Below are positions 41,075 through 49,358 of a stretch of DNA of 64,000 nucleotides, piece after piece. The position numbers were made by a program, and so were the translations under genes. How positions within the stretch are numbered: position 1 is the stretch's first letter; each line of letters opens with the position of its first letter. The stretch is from Tagaea sp. (lineage in GTDB: Bacteria; Pseudomonadota; Alphaproteobacteria; CACIAM-22H2). The stretch is taken from assembly GCA_965279525.1 (NCBI GenBank), contig CBDIIB010000005.1:1632001-1696000 (forward strand), given 5' to 3'. The notes under the pieces were generated by a model. That model did not search any database and had not been told where the DNA came from. It saw nothing but the letters and a program-made list of their open reading frames with translations.

Positions 41075-42961
41075 TTGAGTCCGCGTACCAGCAGGAAGCT
41101 AAGGGCGATCTTGGTTGCGGACGTCGTCGGCTATAGCCGGCTCATGGGTTTGGACGAGGATGCGACATTCGCAGACCTCAAGGCGGTCTTCGCCGGCATT
41201 GTCGAGCCGAAGGTTTCCGCGCATCACGGGCGCATTTTCAAATCGGTCGGCGACGGCTTTCTCGCGGAGTTCGAGAGCGTCGTCGATGCGCTGCATCTTG
41301 CGGTCGAAGTCCAGGCCGCAATGGCAGCTCGTGCCGATGGCGTTCCCGAGGACCGGCGCATCCGGTTCCGGATCGGGATCAATATCGGCGACGTGATTGC
41401 CGACGAGGGCGACGTCTACGGTGACGGCGTCAACGTTGCCGCGCGCCTCGAAGGCCTTGCCGAGCCGGGCGGCATCTGCGTCAGCAAGGCGGTCGTCGAC
41501 TATTTCGGCGCGCGCAAGGGCTTCGAGTTCGAAAGCCTGGGGCGGGTAAAGGCGAAGAACATCACGCATCCGGTCTATGCCTATCGGCTGCGCGAACAGT
41601 CCGGAAGGCCTGTCGCGCGCTTTCGCATGCGGGCATTCGCGGTTGCCGCTGCCGTGGTCGCCACGATCGGGACGGGGCTGTATTTCGGCGTTGACGCCCT
41701 CCTGCCGTCCGGAAGCCGGACGCCGGATGCGACCGCTGCCATCCCGGACAAGGGACTTTCCGTCGTGGTGCGGCCGATCAGCGACCGGTCAGCCGATTCG
41801 ACCAAGGCATGGATTGCCGATGCGCTGACCGACGACCTGATTTCGGACCTTTCGCGCATATCCGGTTCGTTCGTCATCGCCCGGAGCACGGCCTTCGCCT
41901 ACAAGAACAGCGATGTCGATGCCCGCCAGATATCCCGCGAGCTCGGCGTGCGCTATGTCCTGGAGGGATCGGTTCGCCACGAGCCGGGCGGGCTGCGGAT
42001 GGATGTGGCGCTCATCGACGGCGAGAACGGCCGTCAGGTCTGGTCGGAGCGGTTCGAGCGCAGCGGAGCCGACGAGCGCGAGATCTCGCGCGACATCACC
42101 GGGCGGATCGCGCGCGCGCTCAACATCCAGCTCAAGGAAGATGCAAGCCGCCGCGTGGCATCCAGATCGCCGGCCAGCCTCGACTCCGCCGAACTGGCGA
42201 CATTGGCCTGGACGGTCCTGTTCAATCGCCCGCAGTCGCGCGATACCAACCTGGAGGCCGCCCCGCTCATCGAGCGCGCGCTGTCGCTCGACGAGCGAAA
42301 CGTCGAGGCGTGGATCGGAGCGGCGTATGTCCATACGCGCGCCGCACTTTACGGCTGGTCGGAGTCCCGCCCGGCGTCGCTGCGCTTGGCGATCGATGCC
42401 GGCGAGCGTGCGATCCGGCTCGGCCCCGAAAATGCGGATGCCTTCTACGTCCTGGGCTTCGCCAGCCACATCGCCAACGATGTCGAGCGTGCCCGGCATC
42501 TGTTCGCGCGCTGCATAGAGATCAATCCCAATTTCGCGCCGGCGTACAACTGGCAGGGAATAATCGAGTATTTCGACGGGCACCCCGAACGGGCATTGCC
42601 GCTGATACGTCAGGCGATCCGCCTCAGCCCGCGCGACGGATTGCTGAGCGTATGGCGGGCAAATGCGGCGATGTCGATACTGCTGATGAGCGACTTCGAA
42701 GGGGCTGCGGCGGAAGCGCGCGCGGGAATTTCCGACAACCCCCGGCATCCCAACAACCACGCGATCCTGGCTTCCGCCTATGGCCATCTTGGCCGGACCG
42801 CCGACGCGCGGGCTGCCCTTTTGCGATTCCTCGACCTGTCTTCGGGAAGCGGCACGTTGAAGCGGATCGTCGATCTCGGGCGTCCGGATCCCGAAACCTT
42901 CGCCCGACGATTCAAGGTCTATCTGGCCGGCCTGCAACTTGCCGGCTTGCCGGAGAATTGA
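41075..42961 (+). CDS. Class III adenylate cyclase with TM helix, TolB-like and TPR domains
   Basis: ADVVGYS, KSVGDG, DVYGDGVNVAARLE; VIARS...ELGVRYVLEGSV; C-terminal TPRs; TTG start. Confidence 0.88.
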   Translation: MSPRTSRKLRAILVADVVGYSRLMGLDEDATFADLKAVFAGIVEPKVSAHHGRIFKSVGDGFLAEFESVVDALHLAVEVQAAMAARADGVPEDRRIRFRIGINIGDVIADEGDVYGDGVNVAARLEGLAEPGGICVSKAVVDYFGARKGFEFESLGRVKAKNITHPVYAYRLREQSGRPVARFRMRAFAVAAAVVATIGTGLYFGVDALLPSGSRTPDATAAIPDKGLSVVVRPISDRSADSTKAWIADALTDDLISDLSRISGSFVIARSTAFAYKNSDVDARQISRELGVRYVLEGSVRHEPGGLRMDVALIDGENGRQVWSERFERSGADEREISRDITGRIARALNIQLKEDASRRVASRSPASLDSAELATLAWTVLFNRPQSRDTNLEAAPLIERALSLDERNVEAWIGAAYVHTRAALYGWSESRPASLRLAIDAGERAIRLGPENADAFYVLGFASHIANDVERARHLFARCIEINPNFAPAYNWQGIIEYFDGHPERALPLIRQAIRLSPRDGLLSVWRANAAMSILLMSDFEGAAAEARAGISDNPRHPNNHAILASAYGHLGRTADARAALLRFLDLSSGSGTLKRIVDLGRPDPETFARRFKVYLAGLQLAGLPEN

Positions 42962-43005
42962 AGCCACATTCGTTGCGGTGCCCGTCGCGCGCCGCAGGTA
43001 CCTGA

Positions 43006-43545
43006 TCAGGCGCGCACCATCCGCACGTCCACCTCGCGCGCCACGTATTCCCACTCCTTCGTCGCGCGCAGCCGCACGAGCATCGCGTCGAATGCCGCTT
43101 CGTGCTCGGGTGCAAACTCGAACCACGTCACGAAGTCGAATGGCTCGCCGAGATCCCGGCCGTGATGCAGGCGCCGCGCGACGGCCGGCAGGTAATCCAT
43201 GCCGATGCGCGTGTGGTGCGAGGTCTCCTCGAAGATCGCGCGCCGCTCGTCTTGCGCCAGCGCCCACCATTCCGGTGTCTTGGAGAGCGGGATCATCGCG
43301 GCCAGCGTGGCTGATGGCCGGCCCAGCCCCTGCTGGACCGAGGCGAGTTCGCCGATCTCGGCGCGCGTGGCATAGCGCATGTTGCTGACCGCACCGCGCA
43401 GGCACCAGCGCGCGTCGGCGGGGCCGGGCGTGTCCGCCGTCACCGAGATGCGCGGGACGGCTTCAAGTGCCGGACCGCGGCACGCGTCGATGCGCGTGAC
43501 CTGCCATTCGCCGGAATTGCCGCCGGAGAAGCTGATGATCGCCAT
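43006..43545 (-). CDS. cld: Short (clade 2-type) chlorite dismutase
   Basis: IPLSKTPEWW, DERRAIFEE.SHH, LPAVARRLHH (distal Arg), EPFDFVTWFE, LRATKEW.YV.RE. Confidence 0.85.
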   Translation of the reverse strand: MAIISFSGGNSGEWQVTRIDACRGPALEAVPRISVTADTPGPADARWCLRGAVSNMRYATRAEIGELASVQQGLGRPSATLAAMIPLSKTPEWWALAQDERRAIFEETSHHTRIGMDYLPAVARRLHHGRDLGEPFDFVTWFEFAPEHEAAFDAMLVRLRATKEWEYVAREVDVRMVRA

Positions 43546-43784
43546 GGGCAATTGCCCAGCAAAGCGCGTGCCTCAAGGCTAAGAATCCTTGACTCCGCAT
43601 CCACCCGGATATAATCTCCGGTGGCTGGACGCGCTCTTTGACAAGTGAAGATTGACGACATGTGACGTTGAAAAATCCCGTCGCCTGTCAACAGGTCGCC
43701 GGATTTTCCATCGATGTCAGATGCTTGCCGTGTTGACGCAAAGTTTCGTCAACTTTACCGACAAGCATAAAATTCGGTAATGGC

Positions 43785-45017
43785 TCAGGCGATCTTGCGG
43801 TTGGGATCGCGCAGCATGCTGTCGATGTGGAAGCCCTGGAACAGCCGCACGCCGGTGGCCTGGCCCAGTTCCAGCGCTTCGGCCGTCTCGCAGTGGGCCA
43901 TGATCAGGCGGCCGGCTTCGGCGGCGGCGACCCGCTCGCCCACGCCCGCCTCGCGCCATTCGTTCGGGCGCTCGGGGCGGAACAGCACCTTGATGAAATC
44001 GGCCCCCATCTCGGGGCGCGCGAACATCGGCAGCACGTCGAGCGTGATGCCGTCGAGCAGCACGCGGTAGCCGGCGTTGCGCAGGAACTCGCACGCGGTC
44101 AGGTATTCCGCGTAGTCCCAGAACACGTCGAAGCGCGGGATCTCGATGATGATCTGCGCCTTCGGGATGAAGTTGGCGATGCGCGTGTCGAACTCGCGGA
44201 AGCTCGCACTCATGATCGTCTGGATGTTGAGGTTGATCGACACGTTGCCGGACTGGCGCGTGACGAAACCGTCGAACATCGCGCGCAGCACGCGCGTGTC
44301 CATCGTGCGGGTGAGCTGCTGGAACAGCGGCTTCACCATCTTGAGGTCGTTGCGCGGCGCGACCATCTGGCGCAGTTCCGAAACGCCGACGAACACCTCG
44401 CGGAAGAACACGCGCATCTGCTCGCCCGGGGCGACCGCACAGCACATCTGGCTCTTGAGGAAGCCGGTGATGTCGGCCTTGCGCAGCAGGTCCTCGAGCT
44501 TGGCGAGCGAGGCGGGCGTGAGCGGCTGGCCCTGCGCCGTCGTCATCGCCGTGCCCGCCTTGTTCAGCAGGCGCGAGCGGCGTTCCTGGAACGAGCGGTA
44601 GTCGTCGGCGATCTTGCCGACGATGCCCTCGAAATCCGCGAAGCTGTCCTTGAAGGCGAAGAGCTCGTAGGCGTCCTGCGCCTGGCCTTCCTCGAGACCG
44701 GCGGCCGAGGCGTGCTGGCGCAGGATCGTCTTGAGGTCGGAGTCGAAATTCTCGAGATGGTAGCGGTGGTCGCGGCGGAACAGCAGCACGATGTTGTAGT
44801 TGTGCATCGCGAACACGCCGCTGTCCGACGTGCCCAGAAGCTGGCGCAGGGCCTGGATGATCTGCTGGAAATTCTCGCGCCGGCGGCTGAACCACGCCGG
44901 CGAGTTCATGGCCACGATCACGCCATAGCGGAACTGGATGTCCTCGGATTTCTTGACCCGGGCCAGTTCGGCTAGGAGTGCATCCTCGTCGCTTGCTTCT
45001 GTGGCCTTGCTGTCCAT
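43785..45017 (-). CDS. Degenerate EAL-domain protein
   Basis: EVF in place of EAL, SINLN, IIEI, LLDG in place of DDFG, IKV, HCET, FQG. Confidence 0.75.
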   Translation of the reverse strand: MDSKATEASDEDALLAELARVKKSEDIQFRYGVIVAMNSPAWFSRRRENFQQIIQALRQLLGTSDSGVFAMHNYNIVLLFRRDHRYHLENFDSDLKTILRQHASAAGLEEGQAQDAYELFAFKDSFADFEGIVGKIADDYRSFQERRSRLLNKAGTAMTTAQGQPLTPASLAKLEDLLRKADITGFLKSQMCCAVAPGEQMRVFFREVFVGVSELRQMVAPRNDLKMVKPLFQQLTRTMDTRVLRAMFDGFVTRQSGNVSINLNIQTIMSASFREFDTRIANFIPKAQIIIEIPRFDVFWDYAEYLTACEFLRNAGYRVLLDGITLDVLPMFARPEMGADFIKVLFRPERPNEWREAGVGERVAAAEAGRLIMAHCETAEALELGQATGVRLFQGFHIDSMLRDPNRKIA

Positions 45018-45081
45018 TTTCCGTCGTGTATTTCGTGAATTCTGCGGGCCCGAGTCGCGGCGTGGGCGCCGGTCGGCAACT

Positions 45082-46287
45082 CTATCCGGCGGGGCGGGCG
45101 GGTTCAACTCGCCGTGCCCAGGCCACGTCGCGGCCGGCGGGCGGGGCGGGGGGCTTGGTCCGCCAGCGTGTCAGCACGTCGACCGCCTCGGGCAGGCCGA
45201 CGCGGTCGAACATCGCCACCGCCTCCAGCGGCGGGCCCTGGTCGACGCCGTCGGTCGCCGGCATCAGGCGGCCTTCGCTCGCCGAAGTGCGCTTGATCAG
45301 GTGGGCGAGTGCCAGATAGTGCGCGCGCTCCATGCCCAGTGCCTTGGCCGCGACCGCGAGTGCCCGGCCATCGGCCTGGTAGAGGATGCGCCGGCCGACC
45401 TTCATCGGCAGTTCGGCGAAGCGCGCGAACAGCGCTTCGAAGAGCGAGACATGGCCCTGGCGCAGCGTGCGCACGAGGATGGCCGGATCGTTGAGGCGCT
45501 CGGCGCGGATCGTGTCGGCGAGCCGGTCGGCCGACGAACCCCAGTCCATCGCCGCACCGTGGTCGGCGGCGGCGTTCTGGGCGGCGTCGTCGACGGCCCA
45601 GTCCACTTCGCCGGCCCAGGCCTGCGCCCAGTTGGCGCTGTTGGGATCGAAGGCGTAGCGGTCGCGGATCTGGCGCTTGAGGTCGGCGGCAACCCAGCCA
45701 TAGAGGCGTGCGGCGATGTCGCCGGGCAGGTCCTCGCGCGCGACGAGCGGGCGCTGCAGGTGTTCGCGCTCGCGCGACAGGTCGGAAAGATAGGCGAACG
45801 TGGCCTCGGCGATGCTTGCCGATCGGTTGGCGAGTAGTTCTTCCATCACGTCGGCTTCGCCCGTCTCGACGAGGGCGGCCGAAACGGCGGCACTCACGTC
45901 CGAGCGGTTGGCGATCGCCAGACGGTGCGCCTGGCCGCGCTGGCGGATGATCTCGATGAGGTCGGAATCGGCGAGGGCGGCACTCATCGTCAGCAGCGGG
46001 CGCGCGATCGAGATCTCGTCGTTGGCGAGGGCCAGCACCAGTTCGCGCGGGGCGTCGGGCGTTTCGGCGAGCCGTTCGGCGAGCCGCCGGCGGATCTCGG
46101 CCTCGGTCTCCTTGATCAGCTTGCGCACGATGTCGGCGGCGATCTCGAACTCGCCGCGGTCGAGGGCGGCGGGCTGGTCGGCGAGGATCTCGCCCAGCTG
46201 GTTGCCGATCGCCGCACGCGCGGTTCCGCGGCTCGTCTGGGCGACCTCGAGCAGCGCTTCGATCTTCGACTGGATGGTTTTGGGCAT
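45082..46287 (-). CDS. DUF2336 family protein
   Basis: RRRLAERLA..PDAP..L...LANDEISIARP.L..S..L.D.DLIEII...GQAHRLAIA.R pattern. Confidence 0.85.
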   Translation of the reverse strand: MPKTIQSKIEALLEVAQTSRGTARAAIGNQLGEILADQPAALDRGEFEIAADIVRKLIKETEAEIRRRLAERLAETPDAPRELVLALANDEISIARPLLTMSAALADSDLIEIIRQRGQAHRLAIANRSDVSAAVSAALVETGEADVMEELLANRSASIAEATFAYLSDLSREREHLQRPLVAREDLPGDIAARLYGWVAADLKRQIRDRYAFDPNSANWAQAWAGEVDWAVDDAAQNAAADHGAAMDWGSSADRLADTIRAERLNDPAILVRTLRQGHVSLFEALFARFAELPMKVGRRILYQADGRALAVAAKALGMERAHYLALAHLIKRTSASEGRLMPATDGVDQGPPLEAVAMFDRVGLPEAVDVLTRWRTKPPAPPAGRDVAWARRVEPARPAG

Positions 46288-46350
46288 CGTCCGCCACGTT
46301 ATGCGAGCGGGAGACTCGCGGGCAAGCGATAGCCGGACCCCGATGAGGCG

Positions 46351-46369
46351 TTCGCGACTAATTCGCACT
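46351..46369. promoter_or_regulatory. Putative second Fur/Mur box
   Basis: TTCGCGACTAATTCGCACT; core CGCGA-N5-TCGCA resembles the alphaproteobacterial TGCGA-N5-TCGCA motif. Confidence 0.45.
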
Positions 46370-46408
46370 TGCGGCCCGTTCGGTTTCGGGCTAATTTCCG
46401 AAAACGAT

Positions 46409-46427
46409 ATTGCAAGTCATTCTCAAT
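46409..46427. promoter_or_regulatory. Putative Fur/Mur box
   Basis: Imperfect 9-1-9 palindrome ATTGCAAGT-C-ATTCTCAAT in an AT-rich stretch, 23 nt upstream of an Fe(III)-binding protein gene. Confidence 0.7.
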
Positions 46428-46450
46428 TATCAGTGTCCGAGGAGCCTCCC

Positions 46451-47512
46451 ATGCGTTCGATCAGCCGCCGCAACCTGCTTCGTGGGACCGCCGCCGTCGC
46501 CGGCCTGGCCACGTTCGCCTTTGCCCCCCGCCGCGCCGATGCGCAGGCCGCGGCAGGTGTGGTGAATCTCTACACCGCCCGCCACTACGACACCGACGAG
46601 ACGATCTACACGAACTTCACCAGGGCCACCGGCATCCGCGTCAACCGGATCGAGGCCGAGGCCGACAAGCTGATGGAACGCATGCGCGCCGAGGGCGCCA
46701 ACAGCCCGGCCGACATCTTCGTCGCCGTCGACGCGGGCCGCATCTGGCGCGCGCACGAGGCGGGCCTGCTGCAGCCTGTGCGCTCGTCGGTGCTGGAATC
46801 CGCTATACCGGCCAACTACCGCGAGCCGGCCGGCCACTGGTTCGGCCTGTCCAAGCGCGCGCGCGTGCTCGTCTACGACAAGGCCAAGGTCAAGCCGTCG
46901 GACATCCCGAGCTATGCCTCGCTCGCGGACCCGAAATGGAAGGGCAAGATCGCGGTGCGCTCGTCGACCAACGTCTACAACCAGTCGCTCGTGGGCGCCA
47001 TGATCGCGGCCAACGGCGAGGGTCCGACGGAAGCATGGGCGCGGGCACTGGTCGCGAACTTCGCGCGTCCGCCGCGCGGCGGCGACACCGACCAGATCAA
47101 GGCGGTCGCCGCGGGCGAAGCCGAGATCTCGATCAACAACCACTACTACTACGCCAACCTCGTCGCCTCGAAGAAGCCCGACGACCAGGCCATCATCGAG
47201 AAGACCGGCATCCTGTTCCCCGACCAGGGGCCGGGCCAGCGCGGCACGCACATGAACATCGCCGGTGCGGGCATCGCGCGCCATTCGCCCAACAAGGCGA
47301 ACGCGATCCGGTTCCTCGAATATCTCGTGACGCCGGAAGCCCAGTCGGTCTTCGCCGAAGGCAACAACGAGTTCCCGGTCGTGCGCGGCGCCAAGCTGTC
47401 GCCGATCGTCGCAGCGTGGGGCGAGTTCCGCGAGGACGACCTCAACGGCGCGGTCTTCGGGCGCAACAACGAGGCGGCCCTCAAGCTGATGGACCGCGCG
47501 GGCTGGCGCTGA
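46451..47512 (+). CDS. Fe(III) ABC transporter substrate-binding protein (FutA/FbpA family), Tat-exported
   Basis: SRRNLL Tat motif, ARHY, EGANSPAD, VDAGR, NVYNQSL, GGDTDQI, NHYY; RBS GAGGAG. Confidence 0.92.
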   Translation: MRSISRRNLLRGTAAVAGLATFAFAPRRADAQAAAGVVNLYTARHYDTDETIYTNFTRATGIRVNRIEAEADKLMERMRAEGANSPADIFVAVDAGRIWRAHEAGLLQPVRSSVLESAIPANYREPAGHWFGLSKRARVLVYDKAKVKPSDIPSYASLADPKWKGKIAVRSSTNVYNQSLVGAMIAANGEGPTEAWARALVANFARPPRGGDTDQIKAVAAGEAEISINNHYYYANLVASKKPDDQAIIEKTGILFPDQGPGQRGTHMNIAGAGIARHSPNKANAIRFLEYLVTPEAQSVFAEGNNEFPVVRGAKLSPIVAAWGEFREDDLNGAVFGRNNEAALKLMDRAGWR

Positions 47513-47559
47513 AACACACCTGACGGGCGGGGGATTGCCGGGGTAGTCTCCCGCCCGTC

Positions 47560-48393
47560 ATGAACTACCGCCATGCGTTCCACGCCGGCGGCTTCGCCGA
47601 CGTGGCGAAGCACGTGGCCCTTGCACTGCTCGTCGAGCGCCTGCGCGACAAGCCCAAGCCCTTCTGCGTGCTCGACACGCATGCGGGGCTCGGCGAATAC
47701 GACCTGCTTGCCGACGCTGCCACGCGCACGGGCGAATGGCAGGACGGGATCGCGCGCATCTTCGAGCGCACCGACGCGCCTGACGCCATGTCGGCCTATC
47801 TGGGGGCCGTGCGCGCCCTCAATCCCGACGGCGGCTTGCGCTGGTATCCGGGCAGCCCGCGCCTCGTGCAGGGCCTGCTGCGCGCCGGCGACCGGCTTGT
47901 TGCCAACGAGCTGCATCCGGCAGACGCCGAGACGCTGCGCCGCACCTTCGCGCGCGAGGCCGGCGTCGAGATCGCCGAGGGCGACGGCTATGAAGCGATC
48001 AAGGCCAAGCTGCCGCCGCGCGAGCGGCGCGGACTCGTGTTCGTCGACCCGCCCTTTGAACGCAAGGACGAGTTCGAGGCCCTCGCGCGTGCGCTTCGGC
48101 AGGGCCATCGGCGCTTCGCCACCGGCACTTTCGTCGCATGGTACCCGGTCAAGGGCCGCGCTGCGGTCGATGCCTTCCTTGCCGGGATCGGCGACGGCCG
48201 CATCCGGCGTGTCGGCGTGGCGGAATTCATGCGCCATCCGGCCGACGACGAGAAGCGCCTGAACGGCAGCGGACTCGTGACGGTCAACGCGCCGTGGAAA
48301 TTCGAGGAACGCCTGCGCGAGGCATGGGAATGGACCGCCGCCGCCCTCGGTATCGAAGGCGGCGTGCGCATCGAAACGCTGGTCGGCGAATAG
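47560..48393 (+). CDS. rlmJ: 23S rRNA m6A2030 methyltransferase
   Basis: MNYRHAFHAG..ADV.KH, DTHAG, YPGSP, DPPFE, WYPVK. Confidence 0.95.
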   Translation: MNYRHAFHAGGFADVAKHVALALLVERLRDKPKPFCVLDTHAGLGEYDLLADAATRTGEWQDGIARIFERTDAPDAMSAYLGAVRALNPDGGLRWYPGSPRLVQGLLRAGDRLVANELHPADAETLRRTFAREAGVEIAEGDGYEAIKAKLPPRERRGLVFVDPPFERKDEFEALARALRQGHRRFATGTFVAWYPVKGRAAVDAFLAGIGDGRIRRVGVAEFMRHPADDEKRLNGSGLVTVNAPWKFEERLREAWEWTAAALGIEGGVRIETLVGE

Positions 48394-48396
48394 GGC

Positions 48397-49101
48397 CTAG
48401 GCCGGCGGGGCGCCGATCGGGCCGTTGAGTTCGACCGTGACCGCCTCGGGCCCCTTGCGGGCCGTGACGACCTTCATGCGCACCGGCTGGCCGGGCGCCA
48501 GGCTCTGGAGGCCGGCGTTGCGCAGAACGGTGATGTGGACGAACACGTCCTTGCCGCCGCCGTCGGGCTGGACGAAGCCGTAGCCCTTCAGCCCGGAGAA
48601 CCATTTGACGACGCCGTCCATGGACTCGGCATTGGAAAGATCGACCGGCGCCTGATAGCTGCTGACGCGATCCCCGCCGCCGCCGCCGCCCGCACCGCCC
48701 CAGCCACCGCGATCGCCGCCGCGGTCGCCACCGCCACCGCCCCAGCCGCTGCGGTCGCCGCCGCGATCTCCGCCACCGCCCCAACCGCTGCGATCTCCGC
48801 CGCCGCCGCGATCGCTGCCGCCGCGATCGCCGTAGGGGGCCCGCGGTGCACGCGGTGCCGAAGGCTGTGCCGTCGAATTGTCGACCTCGAGGACGCGCAG
48901 CACCTGCCGGCCTTTCGGGCTCGACCCGATCTCGACCGTGACGCTGGCACCCTCGCCGACCGATTCATGGCCTGCCTGCTTGAGAGCCGAGAGGTGGAGG
49001 AACGCTTCCGGCGAACCGTCGGACGGCGTTACGAACCCGAAACCCTTGGCGCTGTTGAACCACTTCACGGTGGCCCGCATCGTGCCGTCACCCGAAGGCA
49101 T
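48397..49101 (-). CDS. Cold-shock protein with two CSD domains and a Gly/RGG-rich linker
   Basis: VKWFNSAKGFGF..AFLH and VKWFSGLKGYGF..DVFVH; linker of DRGG/GW repeats. Confidence 0.92.
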   Translation of the reverse strand: MPSGDGTMRATVKWFNSAKGFGFVTPSDGSPEAFLHLSALKQAGHESVGEGASVTVEIGSSPKGRQVLRVLEVDNSTAQPSAPRAPRAPYGDRGGSDRGGGGDRSGWGGGGDRGGDRSGWGGGGGDRGGDRGGWGGAGGGGGGDRVSSYQAPVDLSNAESMDGVVKWFSGLKGYGFVQPDGGGKDVFVHITVLRNAGLQSLAPGQPVRMKVVTARKGPEAVTVELNGPIGAPPA

Positions 49102-49297
49102 ATTTCCGTCCTCGCCTTAGCGCGTCTCTTCGACGTCGTTTGTCCCTGACACCCCGCGCGCCGGTCGGCGCGTCGTCGCGTGGCAGGGGAACCGGATTGC
49201 GGGAGGGCTTCGGGCTTCGCGATGGCTTCTTCTTGCCAAAAGAAGCGTTGCGTAAATAACCAAGGCTTCCGCGCGCGGCACCCACCACGCAAGGTTA

Positions 49298-49326
49298 ACT
49301 ATAACAAACTCCCAAACGACTCGCAA
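49298..49326 (-). promoter_or_regulatory. Sigma70-type promoter of the csp gene, implying a ~190-nt 5' UTR
   Basis: Minus strand TTGCGA-N17-TATAGT. Confidence 0.65.
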
Positions 49327-49358
49327 AGTGGGGAATCGGCGCGGGCACCCGCCCGCAT

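Noticed and set aside
41075-42961. Adenylate cyclase-TPR protein as a possible cyclic-nucleotide defence system
   Set aside because: A common alphaproteobacterial cyclase architecture with normal catalytic motifs and no adjacent effector gene
43589-43615. Plus-strand TTGACT...TATAAT promoter-like pair
   Set aside because: The spacer is only 15 nt and no plus-strand gene follows; not called as a promoter, though it lies within the reported structured region
48667-48832. Tandem DNA repeats resembling a CRISPR array or VNTR
   Set aside because: In-frame degenerate codon repeats of the Csp linker; no unique spacers and no cas genes
49291-49306. TAACTATAAC (partial I-CeuI site) and GTTAAC (CtrA half-site)
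   Set aside because: Only partial matches; better explained as the -10 region of the csp promoter
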